This document shows positions 26,095 through 36,746 of a DNA stretch of 56,039 nt, in pieces. The notes under the pieces are model-generated. The model was not told the origin of the DNA. It was given only the letters and a program-made list of their open reading frames with translations, and did not search any database. The DNA comes from a virus (lineage: Duplodnaviria > Caudoviricetes): the IMG/VR virus record IMGVR_UViG_3300030099_001449, positions 1-56,039 of that record, one strand, 5' to 3'. Position 1 is the stretch's first letter. Every line of letters begins with the position of its first letter. The position numbers and the translations under genes were made by a program.

Positions 26095-26955
26095 ATGAGC
26101 TTTACTTTAACAACACTTAGAACTGCATTAAAAGAATATACTGAAAACACAGAGACTAGTTTTGTTAATAATCTAGATTTATTTATTAGACTAGCCGAAG
26201 AAAGAATATTAAAGAATGTACAATTAAATGTTTTTGAAAAAAATGTTTCTGGAAACATGTCGGCAAGTAATCAGTATCTAGCTTGCCCTAGTGATTTTTT
26301 AGCACCAAACTCTTTAACAATTACGAATAGTAGCAATTATACCTACTTACAATTTAAAGAAAAAGAATTTGTACAAACATACACACCAAATCCTGCCACA
26401 ACTGGTGTGCCAAGGTATTACGCACAATTTGATGTAGATAATTTTGTGATAGCACCTACTCCCGATAGTGGATATACAGTTGATTTAAGTTATTTTTATA
26501 GACCTTCAAGTTTAACAGATAGCACAATTACTCTTACTTTATCAGATCAATCTAGTGGATCATCTCCAATAACTTTAGTTCCAGGAACAATTACAGGTAA
26601 TACGAGTGGTGCAGTAGCCACAGTTACGGGTATAACTGGATTTGATTATACAGTTTCAGTTCCAACAACATCTTTTACCGCAGGAGAAACAGTAACATCT
26701 AATATCTCTCAAACAGCCACCCTCTCTTCATTTACCTCAGACACTACAGAATCCTGGTTAAGCACAAACGCAGAATTAGCTTTACTTTACGGATCTTTAA
26801 TAGAATGCTATATTTATATGAAAGGTGACGCAGATGTTATGACTATGTACAATAATAGATTTATAGAAGCGATAGCCAGATTAAAGAATTTAGGGGAAGC
26901 AAAAGAAGTTATGGATGAATATACAATGGGTCCAATTAGAAAGGCTAGATCATAA
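26095..26955 (+). CDS. Putative connector/tail tubular protein
   Basis: FIRLAEERI, G.PRYYA, APTPD and LLYGSL motifs, with a T/S-rich insertion. Confidence 0.65.
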   Translation: MSFTLTTLRTALKEYTENTETSFVNNLDLFIRLAEERILKNVQLNVFEKNVSGNMSASNQYLACPSDFLAPNSLTITNSSNYTYLQFKEKEFVQTYTPNPATTGVPRYYAQFDVDNFVIAPTPDSGYTVDLSYFYRPSSLTDSTITLTLSDQSSGSSPITLVPGTITGNTSGAVATVTGITGFDYTVSVPTTSFTAGETVTSNISQTATLSSFTSDTTESWLSTNAELALLYGSLIECYIYMKGDADVMTMYNNRFIEAIARLKNLGEAKEVMDEYTMGPIRKARS

Positions 26956-27248
26956 TGTTTACAGAGTCTCTATCCATGGGTAACAATTTTTCTGTGCAAA
27001 TACAGACAACAAATAATAGAGGACAAACTCCAGAGGAAGTTGCAGAAAGATGTGTCAATAAAATTATTGGAATTTCAGATAATGCTCATCCTGCTATTAG
27101 AGATCAAGCTCATGCTTATCGAAAAGAAATGGAGAAAATTATTGCAATATATATGAAGCAAGCTATTAAAAGTGATAGAACAACTGTATATAATGCGATT
27201 AAAGATTCAGGCAACCCCAAACTAGCAGAATATATAAGGAGAATGTAA
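26955..27248 (+). CDS. Hypothetical tail-module protein
   Basis: Coupled ORF; TT.NRG.TPEE.A motif. Confidence 0.7.
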   Translation: MFTESLSMGNNFSVQIQTTNNRGQTPEEVAERCVNKIIGISDNAHPAIRDQAHAYRKEMEKIIAIYMKQAIKSDRTTVYNAIKDSGNPKLAEYIRRM

Positions 27249-27249
27249 T

Positions 27250-27687
27250 ATGGCTTTTACGGGAAACTTTTTGTGTACTTCTTTTAAAACAGAACTTTTA
27301 AAAGGTGTTCATAACTTTACAGCAACAACTGGTAATACGTTTAATATAGCACTATATGATAACAATGCTTCTTTTACTGCGTCTACCACAGCTTATACCT
27401 CCAGTAATGAGATTAGTGGAACTAACTACTCAGCTAAAGGTCAAGCACTTAATCCTGTTACACCTACTGCAAGTGGAACAACAGCATTGGTAGATTTTGC
27501 TGATGAGACATTTAGCAATGTCACTATTAGTGCAGTAAGAGGTGCTTTAATATTCAATGAGACTGCAACAGGAGATCCTTCCGTTGCTGTTTTAGATTTT
27601 GGTGCAGATAAAGCAGCCAGTAGTGGTGACTTTACAATTGTGTTCCCTACGGCTGATGCAAGTAATGCAATTATAAGGATTGCTTAA
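27250..27687 (+). CDS. Putative tail structural protein
   Basis: AAGGAG RBS; CTSFK.ELL.G.HNF...VAVLDFG.DK. Confidence 0.7.
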   Translation: MAFTGNFLCTSFKTELLKGVHNFTATTGNTFNIALYDNNASFTASTTAYTSSNEISGTNYSAKGQALNPVTPTASGTTALVDFADETFSNVTISAVRGALIFNETATGDPSVAVLDFGADKAASSGDFTIVFPTADASNAIIRIA

Positions 27688-28367
27688 TGGCGACAGTTGT
27701 TGCGTTTAAAGGATGGAATAGCTCTCTAACTGCTTGGAATACAGGCACTTGGAATGGTGAGGGTGTTTTTCCTAGTGCAACAGCTTCCGTTGGCTCTGTA
27801 GCCATTACCGGCGAGGGTGAGATTGGTGTTTTTGGGGTTGCAGGTACAAGTGCTATTGGCACGGTTTCCATCACCGCTAATTCAAACCTTTCTGTAACGG
27901 GTGTTGCGGGAACATCTGCTATAGATTCTGTTAATGCCATAGGCATAGGTAATGTTGCAGTGACAGGAGTTGCAGGTACAACTGCTTTAGGTAATGTGTT
28001 TGAAACGCAGACAGGAGTAGCAGGAACGTCTGCCGTTGGCTCTGTAACCGTAACTGGTGTAGCTAACGTTTCTGTAACTGGTATATCAAGTACATCTGCA
28101 ATTGGTAATACTTTTGAAACTTTAAATGGTGTAGAGGCTACAGGTTCGGTTGGTACGGTTACTATTACAGGTTTTGCTAATATTTCGGTTACTGGTGTTG
28201 TAGGCACTATGGCAATTGGTAGAACAACAGAAACAATCATACCAACTTGGGGTGAGATTATACCAGATCAAGATGCTAGTTATAGCACAGTGACGCCAAG
28301 TCAAACACCAAGTTACAGTACAATAACCCCAAGTCAAGATCCGTCTTGGCTTGATAAAGCAGCATGA
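27687..28367 (+). CDS. Repetitive fibre-like tail protein
   Basis: Repeats of VTGV.GT.A.G.V. Confidence 0.7.
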   Translation: MATVVAFKGWNSSLTAWNTGTWNGEGVFPSATASVGSVAITGEGEIGVFGVAGTSAIGTVSITANSNLSVTGVAGTSAIDSVNAIGIGNVAVTGVAGTTALGNVFETQTGVAGTSAVGSVTVTGVANVSVTGISSTSAIGNTFETLNGVEATGSVGTVTITGFANISVTGVVGTMAIGRTTETIIPTWGEIIPDQDASYSTVTPSQTPSYSTITPSQDPSWLDKAA

Positions 28368-28376
28368 GGTTAAAAA

Positions 28377-31300
28377 ATGAGTGTATATACCAATGATTTA
28401 AGATTAGAAGAGATTGGATCTGGTGAACAATCAGGAACGTGGGGTGATACCACGAATACCAATCTTGAGTTAATAGCAGAAGCTTTTAGTTTTGGAACGG
28501 AAGCAATTACAACAAATGCAGATACGCATACCACTACGATAGCGGATGGTGCAACAGACCCCGGTCGTTCTATCTATTTAAAATATACAGGTACATTAGA
28601 TTCTGCTTGTACTATTACATTAGGACCAAACACTGTAAGTAAAGTCTGGTTTATTGAAAACGCTACCTCTGGGTCACAAAATATTATTATAAGTCAAGGT
28701 TCTGGAGCCAATGTCACAATAGGTAATGGCGCAGTTAAAATGGTTTATAGTGATGGTGCAGGATCAGGAGCCGCCGTTGTTGATGCTTTAGTTGATTTGG
28801 ATCTTACAGGAACTACGACAGTGTCGTCTTTGATTGTTAACGAAGACGGTTCAGATGTAGATACTCGTATTGAAAGTAATAACAACGCAAATATGTTCTT
28901 TGTTGATGGTGGTAATGATGCAGTTGTTATAGGACATAATGATGCAAATGATGGGTCTGTTTCTAGTGCTTTTTCTTTGCAGAATATAGGGACAGATTAT
29001 AATTCAAGCTCAATAGGGTTAGCTAGATTTTCTGCTGATGTAAACGCTCCTACAGTGGCTTTTCATAAAAGTAGAAATGCCTCTATTGGAGGTGACACAG
29101 TTGTTGCAGATAATGATGAATTGGGAAGAATAAGATTTTTTGGTAATGATGGAACTGATTTTGCTGAAGGTGCAAGAATTACAGCTTTGGTAAATGGAAC
29201 TCCGGGTAGTGGTGATATGCCTTCTGAGTTGGTTTTTTCAACTTCTGCTGATGGTGCAGAAAGTCCAACGGCTAGAGTAACAATTAATAGTTCGGGTGAT
29301 CTTATAATTAATTCTACTGGTGGTACATTACAAACAGCTACAGCAGGAACATCAAACTTTCGTGCAGGTGTCAACGCAGGTAATTCTATTACTTCTGGTG
29401 GTAATTATAATGTACTTATAGGTGATGAAGCAGGAACAGCTATTACAACAGGTGATAATAATGTAGCTGTAGGGTATACAGCAGGTGACGCTCTTACCAC
29501 AGGAGGGGTCAACGTAGCGATTGGTCACAGTGCTTTAACAACAGATACTAAAGGAAAAAATAGTATTGCCATTGGGTTTAGTGCCTTAGAAAATCAAAAT
29601 TTTAGTACAGAAACAGATGCTTACAATGTTGCAGTTGGCTCAAAAGCAGGTGAAGCAGTCACAACAGGTATATATAATACTTTAGTTGGTGGACTAGCAG
29701 GAGATGCCTTAACTGATGCTGATTATAACGTAGCGATTGGTGGAAATGCTTTAGGTGCAAATACAGTAGGAAGTAGAATAGTTGCAGTTGGATATGGAGC
29801 TTTAACTTCACATAACCCTGCTACTGCAACAGATTCTTACAATACAGCAGTGGGTATGTTAGCAGGTGAAAATGTTACAACAGGCATAAAAAATACTTTA
29901 ATTGGTGGTTTATCAGGAGATGCACTAACTGAAGGAGCTAATAATACAGCAGTGGGATTTCAAGCATTAACCTCCGATACATTAGGTAGTAGATCAGTTG
30001 CCATTGGACAATTTGCTTTAAACAATCAAAATTTTACCACTGCTACCACTGCGTATAATACGGCTATGGGTTATAATGCAGGTGTAGGTATTACAACAGG
30101 TATACAGAACACTCTAATAGGTGGTTTAGCAGGTGATTCTTTAACAACTGCTGAAAGCAATGTGTGTGTTGGAGTTGGTGCTTTAGGAGCAGAAACAGTA
30201 GGTAGTAGAAATGTTGCTATTGGTGAAAATACTCTTTCGGCTCAATCTAGTGCAACTGCAACTAGTAATTATAACGTAGCAGTCGGTTATAATGCAGGTA
30301 GATATGTCACAACAGGTGTAAGAAATACTATTATAGGTGGACTGGCAGGTGACGCACTTACGGATGCTGATGATAATGTTGCTATTGGTCAATTTGCTCT
30401 GTCCACAGAAACATCAGGCAATAAAACTACTGCAATAGGTACAAATTGTTTAAGTCTTCAACAAGTAGCAGGTGATAGTCATAACGTAGCTGTCGGTTAT
30501 TTTACAGGGTATGCACTCACATCAGGCACTTATAATACACTTATGGGTAACTATGCAGGATATGACCTTCAAACTGGAAATACTAACGTAGCTATTGGCT
30601 ATGGTGCAATGCAAAATGAAGAGGATGGTGATAGGAATGTTGCTGTAGGTTATAATACTTTAGCTACTCAAAAAAATACTACAACTACAGATGTTTACAA
30701 CGTAGCTATTGGTTATCAAACAGGTTATGATATTACAACAGGATTAGAAAATACACTTATTGGTGGTCTTGCAGGAGATAATATCACCACAGGTAGTTAT
30801 AATGTGGCTGTAGGAGTTGGAGCTTTAAGCACAGATCAATTAGGAAGTAAAAGTGTAGCAATTGGAAATGCCTCTTTATTTTCTCAAAATCCTGGAACAG
30901 CAACAGCCATGTATAATGTTGCTGTTGGTCATGTTGCAGGTGAATCTATTACAACAGGAGTTCAAAATACTCTCATAGGTGCGCTTGCAGGAGATGCTTT
31001 AACAACAGGAGCAGCTAATGCGGCTTTAGGTCATGTAGCTTTAACCTCAGACACAAAGGGAAGCAGAGCTACAGCTATTGGTTATGGTGCATTATATGCT
31101 CAAAATTTTACCACTGCCACTGACAATTACAATACAGCAGTAGGGTATGATGCAGGTGGTGCTATCACAACAGGTTTTTATAATACTGTTATGGGTGGGA
31201 TTGCAGGTAATGCACTTACAACTGGTAATTACAATGTGGCAATAGGTACAGATACATTAGGTGCAGATACAAAAGGTAGTAGAACAACTGCCCTAGGTTA

Positions 31301-32282
31301 TGCTGCTTTAAATAGTCAGAATTTTACAACAGCATCAAATACCTATAACACAGCAGTTGGTTTTCAAGCAGGACTTAATGTTACTACAGGAAGTCAAAAC
31401 ACTTTTGTAGGTGGTGAAGCAGGTGAGGCAATTACAACAGGTAATTATAATAATTATTTTGGGTATAATGCAGGTACTTCAACTACTATTGGAGATCACA
31501 ATGTTGGTTTAGGAAGGAGTGCTTTATCAAGTAATGTAGCAGGTAATAAATCAATAGCTATTGGTGATAATGCTTTAGGTAATCAAACAAGTGGAACATC
31601 AGCTGATATGTATAATGTTGCTATTGGTCATCATTCAGGTATTAATGTTACATCAGGAGTAACAAACACTTTTGTAGGTGGTAATTCAGCGGCAGGAAGC
31701 ACATTAACTGGATCAAATAATACTTGTGTAGGGTATGCATCAGGTCATGCTCTTACCTCTGGTAGTAATAATTTATGTTTAGGACATGACGCAGGAAGGG
31801 CAACTTCACCTAGTGGTAATATTACTATAGGCAGTGATACAATTTGTTTAGGTGACAATGACATAAATGATTTGTTTTGTGCAGACACAAGTATTTCTAG
31901 CTCAGACTCTAGAGACAAAACAGATGTCACTAACTTCACTGGTGGTTTAGATTGGGTTAAGGCACTTAGACCAGTTACATATAAGTGGGATAAACGCTCA
32001 TGGTACGGTAATGACGATAATCCTATGGGAACACCTGATGGTTCTAAGAAAAGAAATAGGCTTCATGTTGGATTTCTAGCGCAAGAAGTTTTAGCAATAG
32101 AACAAGATCATGGTTTTGCTGATACGAATGACACAAGCCTTGTTGTTAGAAATAACTTAGACGGAAACAGTTATGGTCTAAAATATGAAAGACTTGTTCC
32201 TGTTCTTGTAAACGCAATTAAAGAACTATCAACAAAAATAACAACTTTAGAAGACGAAATCACTAAATTAAAAGGAGAATAA
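28377..32282 (+). CDS. Tail fibre/receptor-binding protein with beta-helical repeats and C-terminal S74 intramolecular chaperone
   Basis: GTWGDTTNTN anchor; dozens of N.A.G..A repeats; SDSRDK...L.PV.Y.W...GFLAQEV...LVNAIKEL. Confidence 0.9.
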   Translation: MSVYTNDLRLEEIGSGEQSGTWGDTTNTNLELIAEAFSFGTEAITTNADTHTTTIADGATDPGRSIYLKYTGTLDSACTITLGPNTVSKVWFIENATSGSQNIIISQGSGANVTIGNGAVKMVYSDGAGSGAAVVDALVDLDLTGTTTVSSLIVNEDGSDVDTRIESNNNANMFFVDGGNDAVVIGHNDANDGSVSSAFSLQNIGTDYNSSSIGLARFSADVNAPTVAFHKSRNASIGGDTVVADNDELGRIRFFGNDGTDFAEGARITALVNGTPGSGDMPSELVFSTSADGAESPTARVTINSSGDLIINSTGGTLQTATAGTSNFRAGVNAGNSITSGGNYNVLIGDEAGTAITTGDNNVAVGYTAGDALTTGGVNVAIGHSALTTDTKGKNSIAIGFSALENQNFSTETDAYNVAVGSKAGEAVTTGIYNTLVGGLAGDALTDADYNVAIGGNALGANTVGSRIVAVGYGALTSHNPATATDSYNTAVGMLAGENVTTGIKNTLIGGLSGDALTEGANNTAVGFQALTSDTLGSRSVAIGQFALNNQNFTTATTAYNTAMGYNAGVGITTGIQNTLIGGLAGDSLTTAESNVCVGVGALGAETVGSRNVAIGENTLSAQSSATATSNYNVAVGYNAGRYVTTGVRNTIIGGLAGDALTDADDNVAIGQFALSTETSGNKTTAIGTNCLSLQQVAGDSHNVAVGYFTGYALTSGTYNTLMGNYAGYDLQTGNTNVAIGYGAMQNEEDGDRNVAVGYNTLATQKNTTTTDVYNVAIGYQTGYDITTGLENTLIGGLAGDNITTGSYNVAVGVGALSTDQLGSKSVAIGNASLFSQNPGTATAMYNVAVGHVAGESITTGVQNTLIGALAGDALTTGAANAALGHVALTSDTKGSRATAIGYGALYAQNFTTATDNYNTAVGYDAGGAITTGFYNTVMGGIAGNALTTGNYNVAIGTDTLGADTKGSRTTALGYAALNSQNFTTASNTYNTAVGFQAGLNVTTGSQNTFVGGEAGEAITTGNYNNYFGYNAGTSTTIGDHNVGLGRSALSSNVAGNKSIAIGDNALGNQTSGTSADMYNVAIGHHSGINVTSGVTNTFVGGNSAAGSTLTGSNNTCVGYASGHALTSGSNNLCLGHDAGRATSPSGNITIGSDTICLGDNDINDLFCADTSISSSDSRDKTDVTNFTGGLDWVKALRPVTYKWDKRSWYGNDDNPMGTPDGSKKRNRLHVGFLAQEVLAIEQDHGFADTNDTSLVVRNNLDGNSYGLKYERLVPVLVNAIKELSTKITTLEDEITKLKGE

Positions 32283-32283
32283 A

Positions 32284-32556
32284 ATGGCAGAAACAAGAAC
32301 AGATGCTGAAATAGCACAAAACTACAAAGCTATGGGAGATAGTGTAGATCTTATACAATCTATTGTCACAGCAAAGAAAGGTGCTGATGGTAAGTTGATG
32401 GTCATGCAAGATGCTACAGATGCTGAAAAGAAAGAAAGAGTCAATATTAATGTAGGGTATATTGAATACATGAAAGCATTGACTGACTGGAAGGGCAATG
32501 AAGATTGGACAGATGTAGACAAAGCCATTACAGATGGTAAGGCTTATGTAGGTTAA
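32284..32556 (+). CDS. Small protein after the tail fibre (possible assembly factor)
   Basis: AAGGAG RBS; position. Confidence 0.65.
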   Translation: MAETRTDAEIAQNYKAMGDSVDLIQSIVTAKKGADGKLMVMQDATDAEKKERVNINVGYIEYMKALTDWKGNEDWTDVDKAITDGKAYVG

Positions 32557-32561
32557 CATGT

Positions 32562-34487
32562 ATGCCTTTAACAAAACTACAATTCAGACCAGGAATAAAT
32601 AGAGAATCTACCTCTTATTCAAATGAAGGTGGGTGGTTTGATTCTGAAAAAGTAAGATTTCGTTTTGGTTTTCCAGAAAAAATAGGTGGTTGGACTAAAT
32701 ATACTGTTACATCTTTTTTGGGAACCTGTAGATCATTACATTCTTGGGTAGCTTTGGATGGAACTTTGTTTTTGGGAGTAGGCACACATTTAAAATATTA
32801 TATAAATCAAGGTGGAGGATACAATGATATTACTCCTATACGTGCAACAACAACTAATGGTATTACTTTTGCCGCAACTAATGGATCTTCCACAATAACA
32901 GCGACAGATAGTAGTCATGGTGCTACAGAGGGTGACTTTGTAACTATTTCTGGTGCTGTTTCATTAGGAGGTAACATAACGGCTAATGTATTAAATCAAG
33001 AATATCAGATAGATAAAATCGTTGATACAAATACTTATCAATTTACAGCTAGACTTGAAAATACAACAATAAAAAGTATAACCACTACCACTGGTTTAAA
33101 CCCTACACCTGTTTTAGCTAACAGTAGTGATACAGGTAATGGTGGATCTGGGGTGGATGGAGAATATCAAGCAACAGTAGGACTAGACACTTCTTTAACA
33201 GGCACAGGTTGGAATGCAGGAGTATGGGGTCGTGGTACATGGAACTCTAGCGCAGATTTATCTGTTGATGGTGCTACTCTTAGAATTTGGTCACACGATA
33301 ATTTTGGTGAAGATTTAATTATAAATGCAAGAGATGCAGGTATTTACTATTGGGATAAAACATCTGGAGTAGGCACAAGATCAGTATCTTTGTATTCATT
33401 AAGTGGTGCTGATAAAACTCCGACAATTGCTAAAAAAGTAATTGTTTCTGACAGAGACAGACATGTCATAGCTTTTGGTTGTGATGGTGAATTTTCGATT
33501 GGAACACAAGATCCTTTGCTCATTCGTTTTAGTAGTCAAGAAAGTTTAACTGATTGGGCGGCTAAACCTACAAATACAGCTGGAGAACTTAGGATAGGTT
33601 CTGGTTCAGAAATCATTACAGCTATAGAAACAAAACAACAAGTTTTAGTTTTTACTGATGTATCGTTACATGCCATGCAATTTTTAGGACCACCTTTTAT
33701 ATTTGGAATAGCCACTATTTCAGAAAATGTAACGATTATGGGACCGTTAGCTGCTATAGCGGTAGAGGACATGGTTTTTTGGATGGGTCAACAAGAGTTT
33801 TACATGTATGGTGGAAGAGTTCAAAGACTACCTTGTACGGTAAGAGATTATGTGTTTAATGATTTTAATATATTACAAGGAGAAAAAGTAACAGCTGCTA
33901 CAAATACTGCCTTTTCAGAAGTATGGTGGTTTTATCCCTCTGCCAACTCTGAAGAAAATGATCGTTATGTTATTTATAATTATCAACAACAAATCTGGTA
34001 TTATGGTACATTAAATAGAACTGTTTGGTTGGACAGAGGTATAATAGAGAACCCTATAGCCGCATCAACAGATCACTTTTTGTATAGACATGAACAAGGT
34101 TTAGACGATGGTAGCACGGCTCCTGCTTCTGCAATAAATGCACACATAGAATCTAGTCAAATGGACGTAGGAGACGGTGATAAGTTTTTATTTATAAATA
34201 GGATATTACCAGACATTACATTTAGAGATTCTACTGCAAGTTCTCCATCTGCTACACTAACGTTAAAAAGTAGAAATTTTGCTGGTGGAAATTATTTACA
34301 AACAGAAAACGCAACTACTACACAATCTGTTGCCGGATCAACATCTGTTGTTGAACAGTTTACAGAGACAGTTAGCGTAAGATTAAGAGGTCGTTCCTTT
34401 GCTTTGAGAGTTGCTTCAACAGAAACTGAAGTTACTTGGAGACTTGGAACGCCAAGAGTTAATTTAAGAACAGATGGTGGTCGTTAA
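32562..34487 (+). CDS. Putative tail nozzle/DNA-stabilisation protein
   Basis: 641-aa beta-rich protein; IRFSSQE and EVWWFYPS motifs; precedes the ejection genes. Confidence 0.65.
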   Translation: MPLTKLQFRPGINRESTSYSNEGGWFDSEKVRFRFGFPEKIGGWTKYTVTSFLGTCRSLHSWVALDGTLFLGVGTHLKYYINQGGGYNDITPIRATTTNGITFAATNGSSTITATDSSHGATEGDFVTISGAVSLGGNITANVLNQEYQIDKIVDTNTYQFTARLENTTIKSITTTTGLNPTPVLANSSDTGNGGSGVDGEYQATVGLDTSLTGTGWNAGVWGRGTWNSSADLSVDGATLRIWSHDNFGEDLIINARDAGIYYWDKTSGVGTRSVSLYSLSGADKTPTIAKKVIVSDRDRHVIAFGCDGEFSIGTQDPLLIRFSSQESLTDWAAKPTNTAGELRIGSGSEIITAIETKQQVLVFTDVSLHAMQFLGPPFIFGIATISENVTIMGPLAAIAVEDMVFWMGQQEFYMYGGRVQRLPCTVRDYVFNDFNILQGEKVTAATNTAFSEVWWFYPSANSEENDRYVIYNYQQQIWYYGTLNRTVWLDRGIIENPIAASTDHFLYRHEQGLDDGSTAPASAINAHIESSQMDVGDGDKFLFINRILPDITFRDSTASSPSATLTLKSRNFAGGNYLQTENATTTQSVAGSTSVVEQFTETVSVRLRGRSFALRVASTETEVTWRLGTPRVNLRTDGGR

Positions 34488-34780
34488 TGTCTCGTAATTT
34501 AGTTCTACCATTTTTTCCAAATGCTCCTCAACAATATGATTCTGCATACATGTCGGAAGTTACCAGAGCTTTTGCGGTTTATTTAAATCAGATGCAAAAT
34601 CCAGGTGAAGGCAGAAATACAGAACTAGTATTAACAAATTTACAAACAGACGATTTTAATTTAGAACTAGGAAGCTTGTTTCAAGTCGATGGTTCTGTTA
34701 AGATTACAATAGCAAACAAACCTCACGCTAGAAGTCAAGTAGCAACGGGTGCAGTTGGAACAGTGACAGTGACAACATGA
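34487..34780 (+). CDS. Hypothetical tail-module protein
   Basis: Coupled ORF (TAATG). Confidence 0.65.
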   Translation: MSRNLVLPFFPNAPQQYDSAYMSEVTRAFAVYLNQMQNPGEGRNTELVLTNLQTDDFNLELGSLFQVDGSVKITIANKPHARSQVATGAVGTVTVTT

Positions 34781-34798
34781 CAAACGGAGACCTTAAAC

Positions 34799-35545
34799 AT
34801 GTCTAAAGATATTTTTTCCAAAGTAGGTGCGCTTCTTGGTTTAGTAAGCGGTGGTGGAAACCCAATAATGGCAGCGGTAGGATCTGGAATAGGATCGTTA
34901 TTGGGTGGTGGATCTATGCAAGATGCTTTTGAGTCTGGCATAGGTAGTTTATTTACGGCAGGAACAACAGGAAAAGTAGGACTAGCTCTTGATATGTTTG
35001 CTAAAGATGCTGGCCCAAGTGGCAGAGGTAAAACAATAATGGACATGTTCTCTCAAAATGAGGGAAAACGTAAACAAGCAGAAATGATGATGGCAAAAAA
35101 CATGAACACAGGGTTTATGGGTGGAGACATGGGACCTGGTGGTGGTATTCTTAATAATATGTTTGATCCAAACTCTCCTGTATCTCCAATCCTGCAATCT
35201 CTAGCGATTAATTTAATGACACAAAATAGAAATCCCATGACAGATTTAGAAAAAGCACAGTTTGCAACTGGAGAAAGAAGACCGGATTTTAGAGGTGTTG
35301 CTTTACCAGATACACCAACTGTTGTTCTTCAAGAAGGAGGCATGATCCAAGGTCCCGGAACAGGTAAAAGTGATTCGATTAAATCTATGATCTATCAAAA
35401 TGGTCAACCAGTTCAAGAAGCTCGCCTCTCGGACGGTGAGTTTGTAATGACTGCCGATGCAGTCAAGGGTGCAGGAAATGGTGATCGAGCCAAGGGAGCT
35501 GCAAAAATGTATCAAATGATGAATAGATTTGAGGGGATGGCATAA
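34799..35545 (+). CDS. Putative internal virion/ejection protein
   Basis: Gly/Met-rich; GGMIQGPGTGKSDSI...RLSDGEFV motif. Confidence 0.65.
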   Translation: MSKDIFSKVGALLGLVSGGGNPIMAAVGSGIGSLLGGGSMQDAFESGIGSLFTAGTTGKVGLALDMFAKDAGPSGRGKTIMDMFSQNEGKRKQAEMMMAKNMNTGFMGGDMGPGGGILNNMFDPNSPVSPILQSLAINLMTQNRNPMTDLEKAQFATGERRPDFRGVALPDTPTVVLQEGGMIQGPGTGKSDSIKSMIYQNGQPVQEARLSDGEFVMTADAVKGAGNGDRAKGAAKMYQMMNRFEGMA

Positions 35546-36744
35546 TGTCTGACGTTATGAAAAGTATGACACTACTTCCTGATTATCAGGAAACGTTTCT
35601 AAAAAATTTACTAGCAAATATTTATCAAGTTGGAGAAGATGGAAAGACCATCACAGGAATAGCCGCAAAGAGTCCTCTAGAAGGAACGGCTATGACAGAT
35701 GCAGAGGGTAATCCACTATATGAAAAAGCCGATGGCACTGGATTTACAACAGATCCTACACTTGCAAAGACAGATCAATATGGAGATCCTGTTCAAGGTT
35801 TTGAAGGAGGAGTAGCAGCACCAGATATTATTAAATTTACGGATGCTCAGAAACAAGCCCTTCAAATGTTTGGTGGACAGTATGATGATCAAGGTAATTT
35901 AATAGCGGGAACTGGTGGAATTGGTTCATATAAACCATTTTTAGATCAGGCAAAACAGACTCAAGCACAAGGACTAGCTGCTTTTCAACAAGCTGTAGGA
36001 ACACCTTTATTTGATTCTGAAGGTCAACCTATTTATCAAAAAGATGAACAAGGAAATGTTATTTATGATTCAGAAGGTAAGCCTGTTCAACAAATGCAAG
36101 GTGGTTTTGCAGATCCTAGTCAATATAAAAAATTCTATGATCCATACGTAGAGTCTGTCATAGACACAACACAAGCTGACATACAAAAAGCAGGTGATAT
36201 TTCAAAAATAGCAGATCGAGCAAAGGCAGTTGGGGCAGGAGCTTATGGTGGTTCTCGTCAAGCCTTGGTTGAACAACAAACACAAAGTGATATTGAAGAT
36301 AGAAAAGCACAAGTTGGCGCACAACTTAGATCAAAAGCTTTTGGACAGGCTATGGATAGAGGTCAAAGCGCAGCGCAACTGTTTGGACAACTTGGAAAAG
36401 GTCTTGGGTCACTAGGTATTCAGCAAGGTGCATTAGGAGAAGCCGCACAATCTCAATTATTAAAAGACGTAAATGCTTTATTTAACGTAGGTTCTTTAGA
36501 GCAAGGTCAATTACAATCTGAATTTGATGTACAAAGAGCCGGTCAACTAGAACAAGCTTACGAACCCTTTGGTAGATTTGCTTTTATGAGAGATATTCTA
36601 AGTGGAGTTCCAACAGGTCAGTCTTCTTTTGCTACAACTTACACACCACAAATCAATCCAGTAGGAAACATTTTTAGTATGGCACAAAACATAGCGCAAA
36701 CAGGTCAAAGTCCATTTGGTCTTGGATCTTTTATGGGGGGTTAA
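35545..36744 (+). CDS. Putative ejection (DNA pilot) protein
   Basis: Q/A/G-rich helical sequence; DPY...V and GAYGGSR motifs. Confidence 0.65.
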   Translation: MSDVMKSMTLLPDYQETFLKNLLANIYQVGEDGKTITGIAAKSPLEGTAMTDAEGNPLYEKADGTGFTTDPTLAKTDQYGDPVQGFEGGVAAPDIIKFTDAQKQALQMFGGQYDDQGNLIAGTGGIGSYKPFLDQAKQTQAQGLAAFQQAVGTPLFDSEGQPIYQKDEQGNVIYDSEGKPVQQMQGGFADPSQYKKFYDPYVESVIDTTQADIQKAGDISKIADRAKAVGAGAYGGSRQALVEQQTQSDIEDRKAQVGAQLRSKAFGQAMDRGQSAAQLFGQLGKGLGSLGIQQGALGEAAQSQLLKDVNALFNVGSLEQGQLQSEFDVQRAGQLEQAYEPFGRFAFMRDILSGVPTGQSSFATTYTPQINPVGNIFSMAQNIAQTGQSPFGLGSFMGG

Positions 36745-36746
36745 AG

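Noticed and set aside
28377-32282. Diversity-generating retroelement targeting the fibre
   Set aside because: No reverse transcriptase and no adenine-variable repeat pair seen
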